Below are positions 1 to 11,231 of a stretch of DNA of 64,000 nucleotides, in pieces. The position numbers and the translations under genes are program-made. Source of the DNA: Auanema rhodensis. Its lineage: Eukaryota; Animalia; Nematoda. The notes under the pieces are model-generated. The model had not been told where the DNA came from, searched no databases, and saw nothing but the letters and a program-made list of their open reading frames with translations. The stretch lies in assembly GCA_964057225.1 (NCBI GenBank), contig OZ059897.1:3038001-3102000 (forward strand). The letters run 5' to 3'. How positions within the stretch are numbered: the first letter of the stretch is position 1; each line of letters begins with the position of its first letter.

Positions 1-106
1 CGATTTTCACCCTGAAGAAATGATTTTTTCGTTGAAAAACATTGTCCATCGTATTCGTCTTGAAAAAAGGAATCTAAAAACATCTACTTTTTGTGAAATT
101 ATTTAG

Positions 107-126
107 AAATTTTTCGGGAAAATTTT
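107..126. other. Imperfect dyad AAATTTTTC-GG-GAAAATTTT (8/9 paired), present in each monomer
   Basis: Arms 107-115 and 118-126 are reverse complements except for a T/T mismatch at 110/123. Confidence 0.85.
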
Positions 127-148
127 TGTCACAATGTTTTTGGAAGCA

Positions 149-176
149 ATGTTGAGTGTACATGGGAACTCAGCAT
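149..176. other. 9-bp inverted repeat ATGTTGAGT-N10-ACTCA(A/G)CAT, present in each monomer
   Basis: Perfect in the A173 allele (e.g. 1201-1228); one G-T wobble in the G173 allele. It is followed by the perfect 10-bp palindrome TAATGCATTA at 181-190. Confidence 0.9.
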
Positions 177-259
177 ACACTAATGCATTATTTTTCAAAC
201 GATCATAACTAATTTTTGTATAGAGCGTTTCTCAATGTAGTATAGTGCATTCGATGCGG

Positions 260-310
260 ATTTTTAAGCTGCGTCGATCTGTGTTATCAGATTTGAGTTA
301 GCTTAAAAAT
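260..310. other. ~51-nt hairpin/cruciform-capable dyad, present in each monomer
   Basis: ATTTTTAAGCT (260-270) and AGCTTAAAAAT (300-310) are perfect 11-bp reverse complements. They enclose ATCTG (277-281) and CAGAT (288-292) around a 6-nt loop. Confidence 0.92.
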
Positions 311-3300
311 GCACCGAGATATCAACTGATATATGTTCACACTTATATCCTCGATTTTCACCCTGAAGAAATGATTTTTTCGTTGAAAAACATTGTCCAT
401 CGTATTCGTCTTGAAAAAAGGAATCTAAAAACATCTACTTTTTGTGAAATTATTTAGAAATTTTTCGGGAAAATTTTTGTCACAATGTTTTTGGAAGCAA
501 TGTTGAGTGTACATGGGAACTCAGCATACACTAATGCATTATTTTTCAAACGATCATAACTAATTTTTGTATAGAGCGTTTCTCAATGTAGTATAGTGCA
601 TTCGATGCGGATTTTTAAGCTGCGTCGATCTGTGTTATCAGATTTGAGTTAGCTTAAAAATGCACCGAGATATCAACTGATATATGTTCACACTTATATC
701 CTCGATTTTCACCCTGAAGAAATGATTTTTTCGTTGAAAAACATTGTCCATCGTATTCGTCTTGAAAAAAAGAATCTAAAAACATCTACTTTTTGTGAAA
801 TTATTCAGAAATTTTTCGGGAAAATTTTTGTCAAAATGTTTTTGGAAGAATGTTGAGTGTACATGGAAACTCAACATACACTAATGCATTATTTTTCAAA
901 CGATCATAACTAATTTTTGTATAGAGCGTTTCTCAATGTAGTATAGTGCATTCGATGCGGATTTTTGAGCTGCGTTGATCTGTGTTATCAGATTTGAGTT
1001 AGCTTAAAAATGCACCGAGATATCAACTGATATATGTTCACACTTATATTCTCGATTTTCACCCTGAAGAAATGATTTTTTCGTTGAAAAACATTGTCCA
1101 TCGTATTCGTCTTGAAAAAAAGAATCTAAAAACATCTACTTTTTGTGAAATTATTCAGAAATTTTTCGGGAAAATTTTTGTCAAAATGTTTTTGGAAGCA
1201 ATGTTGAGTGTACATGGGAACTCAACATACACTAATGCATTATTTTTCAAACGATCATAACTAATTTTTGTATGGAGCGTTTCTCAATGTAGTATAGTGC
1301 ATTCGATGCGGATTTTTAAGCTGCGTTGATCTGTGTTATCAGATTTGCGCTAGCTTAAAAATGCACCGAGTAATCAACTGATATAGGTTCACACTTATAT
1401 CCTCGATTTTCACCCTGAAGAATTAATTTTTTCGTTGAATAACATTGTCCATCATCTTTGCCTTGAAAAAAGAAATCTAAAAACTCCTACTTTTTGTGAA
1501 ATTATTTAGAAATTTTTCGGGAAAATTTTTGTCACAATGTTTTTGGAAGCAATGTTGAGTGTACATGGGAACTCAGCATACACTAATGCATTATTTTTCA
1601 AACGATCATAACTAATTTTTGTATGGAGCGTTTCTCAATGTAGTATAGTGCATTCGATGCGGATTTTTAAGCTGCGTTGATCTGTGTTATCAGATTTGCG
1701 CTAGCTTAAAAATGCACCGAGTAATCAACTGATATAGGTTCACACTTATATCCTCGATTTTCACCCTGAAGAATTAATTTTTTCGTTGAATAACATTGTC
1801 CATCGTCTTTGCCTTGAAAAAAGAAATCTAAAAACTCCTACTTTTCGTGAAATTATTTAGAAATTTTTCGGGAAAATTTTTGTCACAATGTTTTTGGAAG
1901 CAATGTTGAGTGTACATGGGAACTCAGCATACACTAATGCATTATTTTTCAAACGATCATAACTAATTTTTGTATAGAGCGTTTCTCAATGTAGTATAGT
2001 GCATTCGATGCGGATTTTTAGGCTGCGTCGATCTGTGTTATCAGATTTGAGTTAGCTTGAAAATGCACCGAGATATCAACTGATATATGTTCACACTTAT
2101 ATCCTCGATTTTCACCCTGAAGAAATGATTTTTTCGTTGAAAAACATTGTCCATCGTATTCGTCTTGAAAAAAGAAATCTAAAAACATCTACTTTTTGTG
2201 AAATTATTTAGAAATTTTTCGGGAAAATTTTTGTCACAATGTTTTTGGAAGCAATGTTGAGTGTACATGGGAACTCAGCATACACTAATGCATTATTTTT
2301 CAAACGATCATAACTAATTTTTGTATAGAGCGTTTCTCAATGTAGTATAGTGCATTCGATGCGGATTTTTAAGCTGCGTCGATCTGTGTTATCAGATTTG
2401 AGTTAGCTTAAAAATGCACCGAGATATCAACTGATATATGTTCACACTTATATCCTCGATTTTCACCCTGAAGAAATGATTTTTTCGTTGAAAAACAATG
2501 TCCATCGTATTCGTCTTGAAAAAAAGAATCTAAAAACATCTACTTTTTGTGAAATTATTCAGAAATTTTTCGGGAAAATTTTTGTCAAAATGTTTTTGGA
2601 AGCAATGTTGAGTGTACATGGGAACTCAACATACACTAATGCATTATTTTTCAAACGATCATAACTAACTTTTGTATGGAGCGTTTCTCAATGTAGTATA
2701 GTGCATTCGATGCGGATTTTTAAGCTGCGTCGATCTGTGTTATCAGATTTGAGTTAGCTTAAAAATGCACCGAGATATCAACTGATATATGTTCACACTT
2801 ATATCCTCGATTTTCACCCTGAAGAAATGATTTTTTCGTTGAAAAACATTGTCCATCGTATTCGTCTTGAAAAAAAGAATCTAAAAACATCTACTTTTTG
2901 TGAAATTATTCAGAAATTTTTCGGGAAAATTTTTGTCAAAATGTTTTTGGAAGCAATGTTGAGTGTACATGGGAACTCAACATACACTAATGCATTATTT
3001 TTCAAACGATCATAACTAATTTTTGTATGGAGCGTTTCTCAATGTAGTATAGTGCACTCGATGCGGATTTTTGAGCTGCGTTGATCTGTGTTATCAGATT
3101 TGCGCTAGCTTAAAAATGCACCGAGTAATCAACTGATATATGTTCACACTTATATCCTCGATTTTCACCCTGAAGAAATGATTTTTTCGTTGAAAAACAT
3201 TGTCCATCGTATTCGTCTTGAAAAAAAGAATCTAAAAACATCTACTTTTTGTGAAATTATTCAGAAATTTTTCGGGAAAATTTTTGTCAAAATGTTTTTG

Positions 3301-3860
3301 GAAGCAATGTTGAGTGTACATGGGAACTCAACATACACTAATGCATTATTTTTCAAACGATCATAACTAATTTTTGTATGGAGCGTTTCTCAATGTAGTA
3401 TAGTGCATTCGATGCGGATTTTTGAGCTGCGTTGATCTGTGTTATCAGATTTGCGCTAGCTTAAAAATGCACCGAGTAATCAACTGATATAGGTTCACAC
3501 TTATATCCTCGATTTTCACCCTGAAGAATTAATTTTTTCGTTGAATAACATTGTCCATCGTCTTTGCCTTGAGAAAAGAAATCTAAAAACTCCTACTTTT
3601 TGTGAAATTATTTAGAAATTTTTCGGGAAAATTTTTGTCACAATGTTTTTGGAAGCAATGTTGAGTGTACATGGGAACTCAGCATACACTAATGCATTAT
3701 TTTTCAAACGATCATAACTAATTTTTAAATAGAGCGTTTCTCAATGTAGTATAGTGCATTCGATGCGGATTTTTGAGCTGCGTTGATCTGTGTTATCAGA
3801 TTTGCGCTAGCTTAAAAATGCACCGAGTAATCAACTGATATATGTTCACACTTATATCCT

Positions 3861-5966
3861 CGATTTTCACCCTGAAGAAATGATTTTTTCGTTGAAAAAC
3901 ATTGTCCATCGTATTCGTCTTGAAAAAAAGAATCTAAAAACATCTACTTTTTGTGAAATTATTTAGAAATTTTTCGGGAAAATTTTTGTCACAATGTTTT
4001 TGGAAGCAATGTTGAGTGTACATGGGAACTCAGCATACACTAATGCATTATTTTTCAAACGATCATAACTAATTTTTAAATAGAGCGTTTCTCAATGTAG
4101 TATAGTGCATTCGATGCGGATTTTTGAGCTGCGTTGATCTGTGTTATCAGATTTGCGCTAGCTTAAAAATGCACCGAGTAATCAACTGATATATGTTCAC
4201 ACTTATATCCTCGATTTTCACCCTGAAGAAATGATTTTTTCGTTGAAAAACATTGTCCATCGTATTCGTCTTGAAAAAAAGAATCTAAAAACATCTACTT
4301 TTTGTGAAATTATTTAGAAAATTTTCGGGAAAATTTTTGTCACAATGTTTTTGGAAGCAATGTTGAGTGTACATGGGAACTCAGCATACACTAATGCATT
4401 ATTTTTCAAACAATCATAACTAATTTTTAAATAGAGCGTTTCTCAATGTAGTATAGTGCATTCGATGCGGATTTTTGAGCTGCGTTGATCTGTGTTATCA
4501 GATTTGAGTTAGCTTAAAAATGCACCGAGATATCAACTGATATATGTTCACACTTATATTCTCGATTTTCACCCTGAAGAAATGATTTTTTCGTTGAAAA
4601 ACATTGTCCATCGTATTCGTCTTGAAAAAAAGAATCTAAAAACATCTACTTTTTGTGAAATTATTCAGAAATTTTTCGGGAAAATTTTTGTCAAAATGTT
4701 TTTGGAAGCAATGTTGAGTGTACATGGGAACTCAGCATACACTAATGCATTATTTTTCAAACGATCATAACTAATTTTTGTATAGAGCGTTTCTCAATGT
4801 AGTATAGTGCATTCGATGCGGATTTTTGAGCTGCGTTGATCTGTGTTATCAGATTTGCGCTAGCTTAAAAATGCACCGAGTAATCAACTGATATATGTTC
4901 ACACTTATATCCTCGATTTTCACCCTGAAGAAATGATTTTTTCGTTGAAAAACATTGTCCATCGTATTCGTCTTGAAAAAAAGAATCTAAAAACATCTAC
5001 TTTTTGTGAAATTATTTAGAAATTTTTCGGGAAAATTTTTGTCACAATGTTTTTGGAAGCAATGTTGAGTGTACATGGGAACTCAGCATACACTAATGCA
5101 TTATTTTTCAAACGATCATAACTAATTTTTAAATAGAGCGTTTCTCAATGTAGTATAGTGCATTCGATGCGGATTTTTGAGCTGCGTTGATCTGTGTTAT
5201 CAGATTTGCGCTAGCTTAAAAATGCACCGAGTAATCAACTGATATATGTTCACACTTATATCCTCGATTTTCACCCTGAAGAAATGATTTTTTCGTTGAA
5301 AAACATTGTCCATCGTATTCGTCTTGAAAAAAAGAATCTAAAAACATCTACTTTTTGTGAAATTATTTAGAAAATTTTCGGGAAAATTTTTGTCACAATG
5401 TTTTTGGAAGCAATGTTGAGTGTACATGGGAACTCAGCATACACTAATGCATTATTTTTCAAACAATCATAACTAATTTTTAAATAGAGCGTTTCTCAAT
5501 GTAGTATAGTGCATTCGATGCGGATTTTTGAGCTGCGTTGATCTGTGTTATCAGATTTGAGTTAGCTTAAAAATGCACCGAGATATCAACTGATATATGT
5601 TCACACTTATATTCTCGATTTTCACCCTGAAGAAATGATTTTTTCGTTGAAAAACATTGTCCATCGTATTCGTCTTGAAAAAAAGAATCTAAAAACATCT
5701 ACTTTTTGTGAAATTATTCAGAAATTTTTCGGGAAAATTTTTGTCAAAATGTTTTTGGAAGCAATGTTGAGTGTACATGGGAACTCAACATACACTAATG
5801 CATTATTTTTCAAACGATCATAACTAATTTTTGTATGGAGCGTTTCTCAATGTAGTATAGTGCATTCGATGCGGATTTTTAAGCTGCGTTGATCTGTGTT
5901 ATCAGATTTGCGCTAGCTTAAAAATGCACCGAGTAATCAACTGATATAGGTTCATACTTATATCCT
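3861..5966. repeat. Local higher-order repeat: 3-mer (1053 bp) x2
   Basis: The variant order [TTTTTAAATAG] - [AGAAAATTTTC, AAACAATC, ATATTCTCG] - [CAG allele] starts at 3861 and again at 4914. Confidence 0.9.
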
Positions 5967-7019
5967 CGATTTTCACCCTGAAGAATTAATTTTTTCGTTG
6001 AATAACATTGTCCATCGTCTTTGCCTTGAAAAAAGAAATCTAAAAACTCCTACTTTTCGTGAAATTATTTAGAAATTTTTCGGGAAAATTTTTGTCACAA
6101 TGTTTTTGGAAGCAATGTTGAGTGTACATGGGAACTCAGCATACACTAATGCATTATTTTTCAAACGATCATAACTAATTTTTGTATAGAGCGTTTCTCA
6201 ATGTAGTATAGTGCATTCGATGCGGATTTTTAAGCTGCGTCGATCTGTGTTATCAGATTTGAGTTAGCTTGAAAATGCACCGAGATATCAACTGATATAT
6301 GTTCACACTTATATCCTCGATTTTCACCCTGAAGAAATGATTTTTTCGTTGAAAAACATTGTCCATCGTATTCGTCTTGAAAAAAGGAATCTAAAAACAT
6401 CTACTTTTTGTGAAATTATTTAGAAATTTTTCGGGAAAATTTTTGTCACAATGTTTTTGGAAGCAATGTTGAGTGTACATGGGAACTCAGCATACACTAA
6501 TGCATTATTTTTCAAACGATCATAACTAATTTTTGTATAGAGCGTTTCTCAATGTAGTATAGTGCATTCGATGCGGATTTTTGAGCTGCGTCGATCTGTG
6601 TTATCAGATTTGAGTTAGCTTAAAAATGCACCGAGATATCAACTGATATATGTTCACACTTATATCCTCGATTTTCACCCTGAAGAAATGATTTTTTCGT
6701 TGAAAAACATTGTCCATCGTATTCGTCTTGAAAAAAAGAATCTAAAAACATCTACTTTTTGTGAAATTATTCAGAAATTTTTCGGGAAAATTTTTGTCAA
6801 AATGTTTTTGGAAGCAATGTTGAGTGTACATGGGAACTCAACATACACTAATGCATTATTTTTCAAACGATCATAACTAATTTTTGTATGGAGCGTTTCT
6901 CAATGTAGTATAGTGCATTCGATGCGGATTTTTGAGCTGCGTTGATCTGTGTTATCAGATTTGCGCTAGCTTAAAAATGCACCGAGTAATCAACTGATAT
7001 AGGTTCACACTTATATCCT

Positions 7020-8423
7020 CGATTTTCACCCTGAAGAATTAATTTTTTCGTTGAATAACATTGTCCATCGTCTTTGCCTTGAGAAAATAAATCTAAAAAC
7101 TCCTACTTTTTGTGAAATTATTTAGAAATTTTTCGGGAAAATTTTTGTCACAATGTTTTTGGAAGCAATGTTGAGTGTACATGGGAACTCAGCATACACT
7201 AATGCATTATTTTTCAAACGATCATAACTAATTTTTGTATAGAGCGTTTCTCAATGTAGTATAGTGCATTCGATGCGGATTTTTGAGTTGCGTTGATCTG
7301 TGTTATCAGATTTGCGCTAGCTTAAAAATGCACCGAGTAATCAACTGATATATGTTCACACTTATATCCTCGATTTTCACCCTGAAGAAATGATTTTTTC
7401 GTTGAAAAACATTGTCCATCGTATTCGTCTTGAAAAAAGGAATCTAAAAACATCTACTTTTTGTGAAATTATTTAGAAATTTTTCGGGAAAATTTTTGTC
7501 ACAATGTTTTTGGAAGCAATGTTGAGTGTACATGGGAACTCAGCATACACTAATGCATTATTTTTCAAACGATCATAACTAATTTTTGTATAGAGCGTTT
7601 CTCAATGTAGTATAGTGCATTCGATGCGGATTTTTGAGCTGCGTTGATCTGTGTTATCAGATTTGCGCTAGCTTAAAAATGCACCGAGTAATCAACTGAT
7701 ATAGGTTCACACTTATATCCTCGATTTTCACCCTGAAGAATTAATTTTTTCGTTGAATAACATTGTCCATCGTCTTTGCCTTGAGAAAAGAAATCTAAAA
7801 ACTCCTACTTTTTGTAAAATTATTTAGAAATTTTTCGGGAAAATTTTTGTCACAATGTTTTTGGAAGCAATGTTGAGTGTACATGGGAACTCAGCATACA
7901 CTAATGCATTATTTTTCAAACGATCATAACTAATTTTTGTATAGAGCGTTTCTCAATGTAGTATAGTGCATTCGATGCGGATTTTTGAGTTGCGTTGATC
8001 TGTGTTATCAGATTTGCGCTAGCTTAAAAATGCACCGAGTAATCAACTGATATATGTTCACACTTATATCCTCGATTTTCACCCTGAAGAAATGATTTTT
8101 TCGTTGAAAAACATTGTCCATCGTATTCGTCTTGAAAAAAGGAATCTAAAAACATCTACTTTTTGTGAAATTATTTAGAAATTTTTCGGGAAAATTTTTG
8201 TCACAATGTTTTTGGAAGCAATGTTGAGTGTACATGGGAACTCAGCATACACTAATGCATTATTTTTCAAACGATCATAACTAATTTTTGTATAGAGCGT
8301 TTCTCAATGTAGTATAGTGCATTCGATGCGGATTTTTTAGCTGCGTCGATCTGTGTTATCAGATTTGAGTTAGCTTAAAAATGCACCGAGATATCAACTG
8401 ATATATGTTCACACTCATATCCT
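7020..8423. repeat. Local dimer duplication (702 bp) x2, imperfect
   Basis: The rare GAGTTGCG allele together with TTGAGAAAA occurs in monomers 7020 and 7722, alternating with A-type units. Confidence 0.75.
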
Positions 8424-11231
8424 CGATTTTCACCCTGAAGAAATGATTTTTTCGTTGAAAAACATTGTCCATCGTATTCGTCTTGAAAAAAAGAATCTAA
8501 AAACATCTACTTTTTGTGAAATTATTCAGAAATTTTTCGGGAAAATTTTTGTCAAAATGTTTTTGGAAGCAATGTTGAGTGTACATGGGAACTCAACATA
8601 CACTAATGCATTATTTTTCAAACGATCATAACTAATTTTTGTATGGAGCGTTTCTCAATGTAGTATAGTGCATTCGATGCGGATTTTTAAGCTGCGTTGA
8701 TCTGTGTTATCAGATTTGCGCTAGCTTAAAAATGCACCGAGTAATCAACTGATATAGGTTCACACTTATATCCTCGATTTTCACCCTGAAGAATTAATTT
8801 TTTCGTTGAATAACATTGTCCATCGTATTCGTCTTGAAAAAAGGAATCTAAAAACATCTACTTTTTGTGAAATTATTTAGAAATTTTTCGGGAAAATTTT
8901 TGTCACAATGTTTTTGGAAGCAATGTTGAGTGTACATGGGAACTCAGCATACACTAATGCATTATTTTTCAAACGATCATAACTAATTTTTGTATAGAGC
9001 GTTTCTCAATGTAGTATAGTGCATTCGATGCGGATTTTTAAGCTGCGTCGATCTGTGTTATCAGATTTGAGTTAGCTTAAAAATGCACCGAGATATCAAC
9101 TGATATATGTTCACACTTATATCCTCGATTTTCACCCTGAAGAAATGATTTTTTCGTTGAAAAACATTGTCCATCGTATTCGTCTTGAAAAAAAGAATCT
9201 AAAAACATCTACTTTTTGTGAAATTATTCAGAAATTTTTCGGGAAAATTTTTGTCAAAATGTTTTTGGAAGCAATGTTGAGTGTACATGGGAACTCAACA
9301 TACACTAATGCATTATTTTTCAAACGATCATAACTAATTTTTGTATGGAGCGTTTCTCAATGTAGTATAGTGCATTCGATGCGGATTTTTAAGCTGCGTT
9401 GATCTGTGTTATCAGATTTGCGCTAGCTTAAAAATGCACCGAGTAATCAACTGATATAGGTTCACACTTATATCCTCGATTTTCACCCTGAAGAATTAAT
9501 TTTTTCGTTGAATAACATTGTCCATCGTTTTTGCCTTGAGAAAAGAAATCTAAAAACTCCTACTTTTTGTGAAATTATTTAGAAATTTTTCGGGAAAATT
9601 TTTGTCACAATGTTTTTGGAAGCAATGTTGAGTGTACATGGGAACTCAGCATACACTAATGCATTATTTTTCAAACGATCATAACTAATTTTTGTATAGA
9701 GCGTTTCTCAATGTAGTATAGTGCATTCGATGCGGATTTTTAAGCTGCGTCGATCTGTGTTATCAGATTTGAGTTAGCTTAAAAATGCACCGAGATATCA
9801 ACTGATGTATGTTCACACTTATATCCTCGATTTTCACCCTGAAGAAATGATTTTTTCGTTGAAAAACATTGTCCATCGTATTCGTCTTGAAAAAAGGAAT
9901 CTAAAAACATCTACTTTTTGTGAAATTATTTAGAAATTTTTCGGGAAAATTTTTGTCAAAATGTTTTTGGAAGCAATGTTGAGTGTACATGGGAACTCAA
10001 CATACACTAATGCATTATTTTTCATACGATCATAACTAATTTTTGTATAAAGCGTTTCTCAATGTAGTATAGTGCATTCGATGCGGATTTTTAAGCTGCG
10101 TCGATCTGTGTTATCAGATTTGAGTTAGCTTAAAAATGCACCGAGATATCAACTGATATATGTTCACACTTATATCCTCGATTTTCACCCTGAAGAAATG
10201 ATTTTTTCGTTGAAAAACATTGTCCATCGTATTCGTCTTGAAAAAAGGAATCTAAAAACATCTACTTTTTGTGAAATTATTTAGAAATTTTTCGGGAAAA
10301 TTTTTGTCAAAATGTTTTTGGAAGCAATGTTGAGTGTACATGGGAACTCAACATACACTAATGCATTATTTTTCAAACGATCATAACTAATTTTTGTATA
10401 AAGCGTTTCTCAATGTAGTATAGTGCATTCGATGCGGATTTTTAAGCTGCGTCGATCTGTGTTATCAGATTTGAGTTAGCTTAAAAATGCACCGAGATAT
10501 CAACTGATATATGTTCACACTTATATCCTCGATTTTCACCCTGAAGAAATGATTTTTTCGTTGAAAAACATTGTCCATCGTATTCGTCTTGAAAAAAAGA
10601 ATCTAAAAACATCTACTTTTTGTGAAATTATTCAGAAATTTTTCGGGAAAATTTTTGTCAAAATGTTTTTGGAAGCAATGTTGAGTGTACATGGGAACTC
10701 AACATACACTAATGCATTATTTTTCAAACGATCATAACTAATTTTTGTATGGAGCGTTTCTCAATGTAGTATAGTGCATTCGATGCGGATTTTTAAGCTG
10801 CGTTGATCTGTGTTATCAGATTTGCGCTAGCTTAAAAATGCACCGAGTAATCAACTGATATAGGTTCACACTTATATCCTCGATTTTCACCCTGAAGAAT
10901 TAATTTTTTCGTTGAATAACATTGTCCATCGTCTTTGCCTTGAGAAAAGAAATCTAAAAACTCCTACTTTTTGTGAAATTATTTAGAAATTTTTCGGGAA
11001 AATTTTTGTCACAATGTTTTTGGAAGCAATGTTGAGTGTACATGGGAACTCAGCATACACTAATGCATTATTTTTCAAACGATCATAACTAATTTTTGTA
11101 TAGAGCGTTTCTCAATGTAGTATAGTGCATTCGATGCGGATTTTTAAGCTGCGTCGATCTGTGTTATCAGATTTGAGTTAGCTTAAAAATGCACCGAGAT
11201 ATCAACTGATATATGTTCACACTTATATCCT

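Larger units (their letters stand above)
1..351. repeat. Representative monomer (A-type; register arbitrary)
   Basis: 1-351 is repeated at 352-702. Hand count gives 113 G+C in 351 bp and many A/T tracts of 4-9 nt. Confidence 0.98.

Noticed and set aside
27-43. CENP-B-box-like TTTCGTTGAAAAACATT
   Set aside because: It matches the TTCG....A half, but the essential CGGG is absent (5 of 9 core bases).
1-351. Internal ~175-bp dimer within the monomer
   Set aside because: I see no convincing similarity between the two halves by eye; a self dot plot would settle it.
1-351. 5S rRNA, tRNA or snRNA tandem gene cluster
   Set aside because: No recognisable 5S, cloverleaf or snRNA sequence. An Rfam scan was not possible here.
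1-351. Assignment to a named ~350-360-bp insect satellite (Drosophila 1.688, Tribolium TCAST1) or a specific MITE/Helitron
   Set aside because: Only size and AT content are similar. I recognise no sequence identity and see no termini or target-site duplication. It needs a BLAST/Dfam/Repbase search.
845-852. Singleton 1-bp deletions (about 849, 33214, 62158)
   Set aside because: They are isolated, and two lie in short homopolymer runs. They cannot be told from consensus errors without reads.
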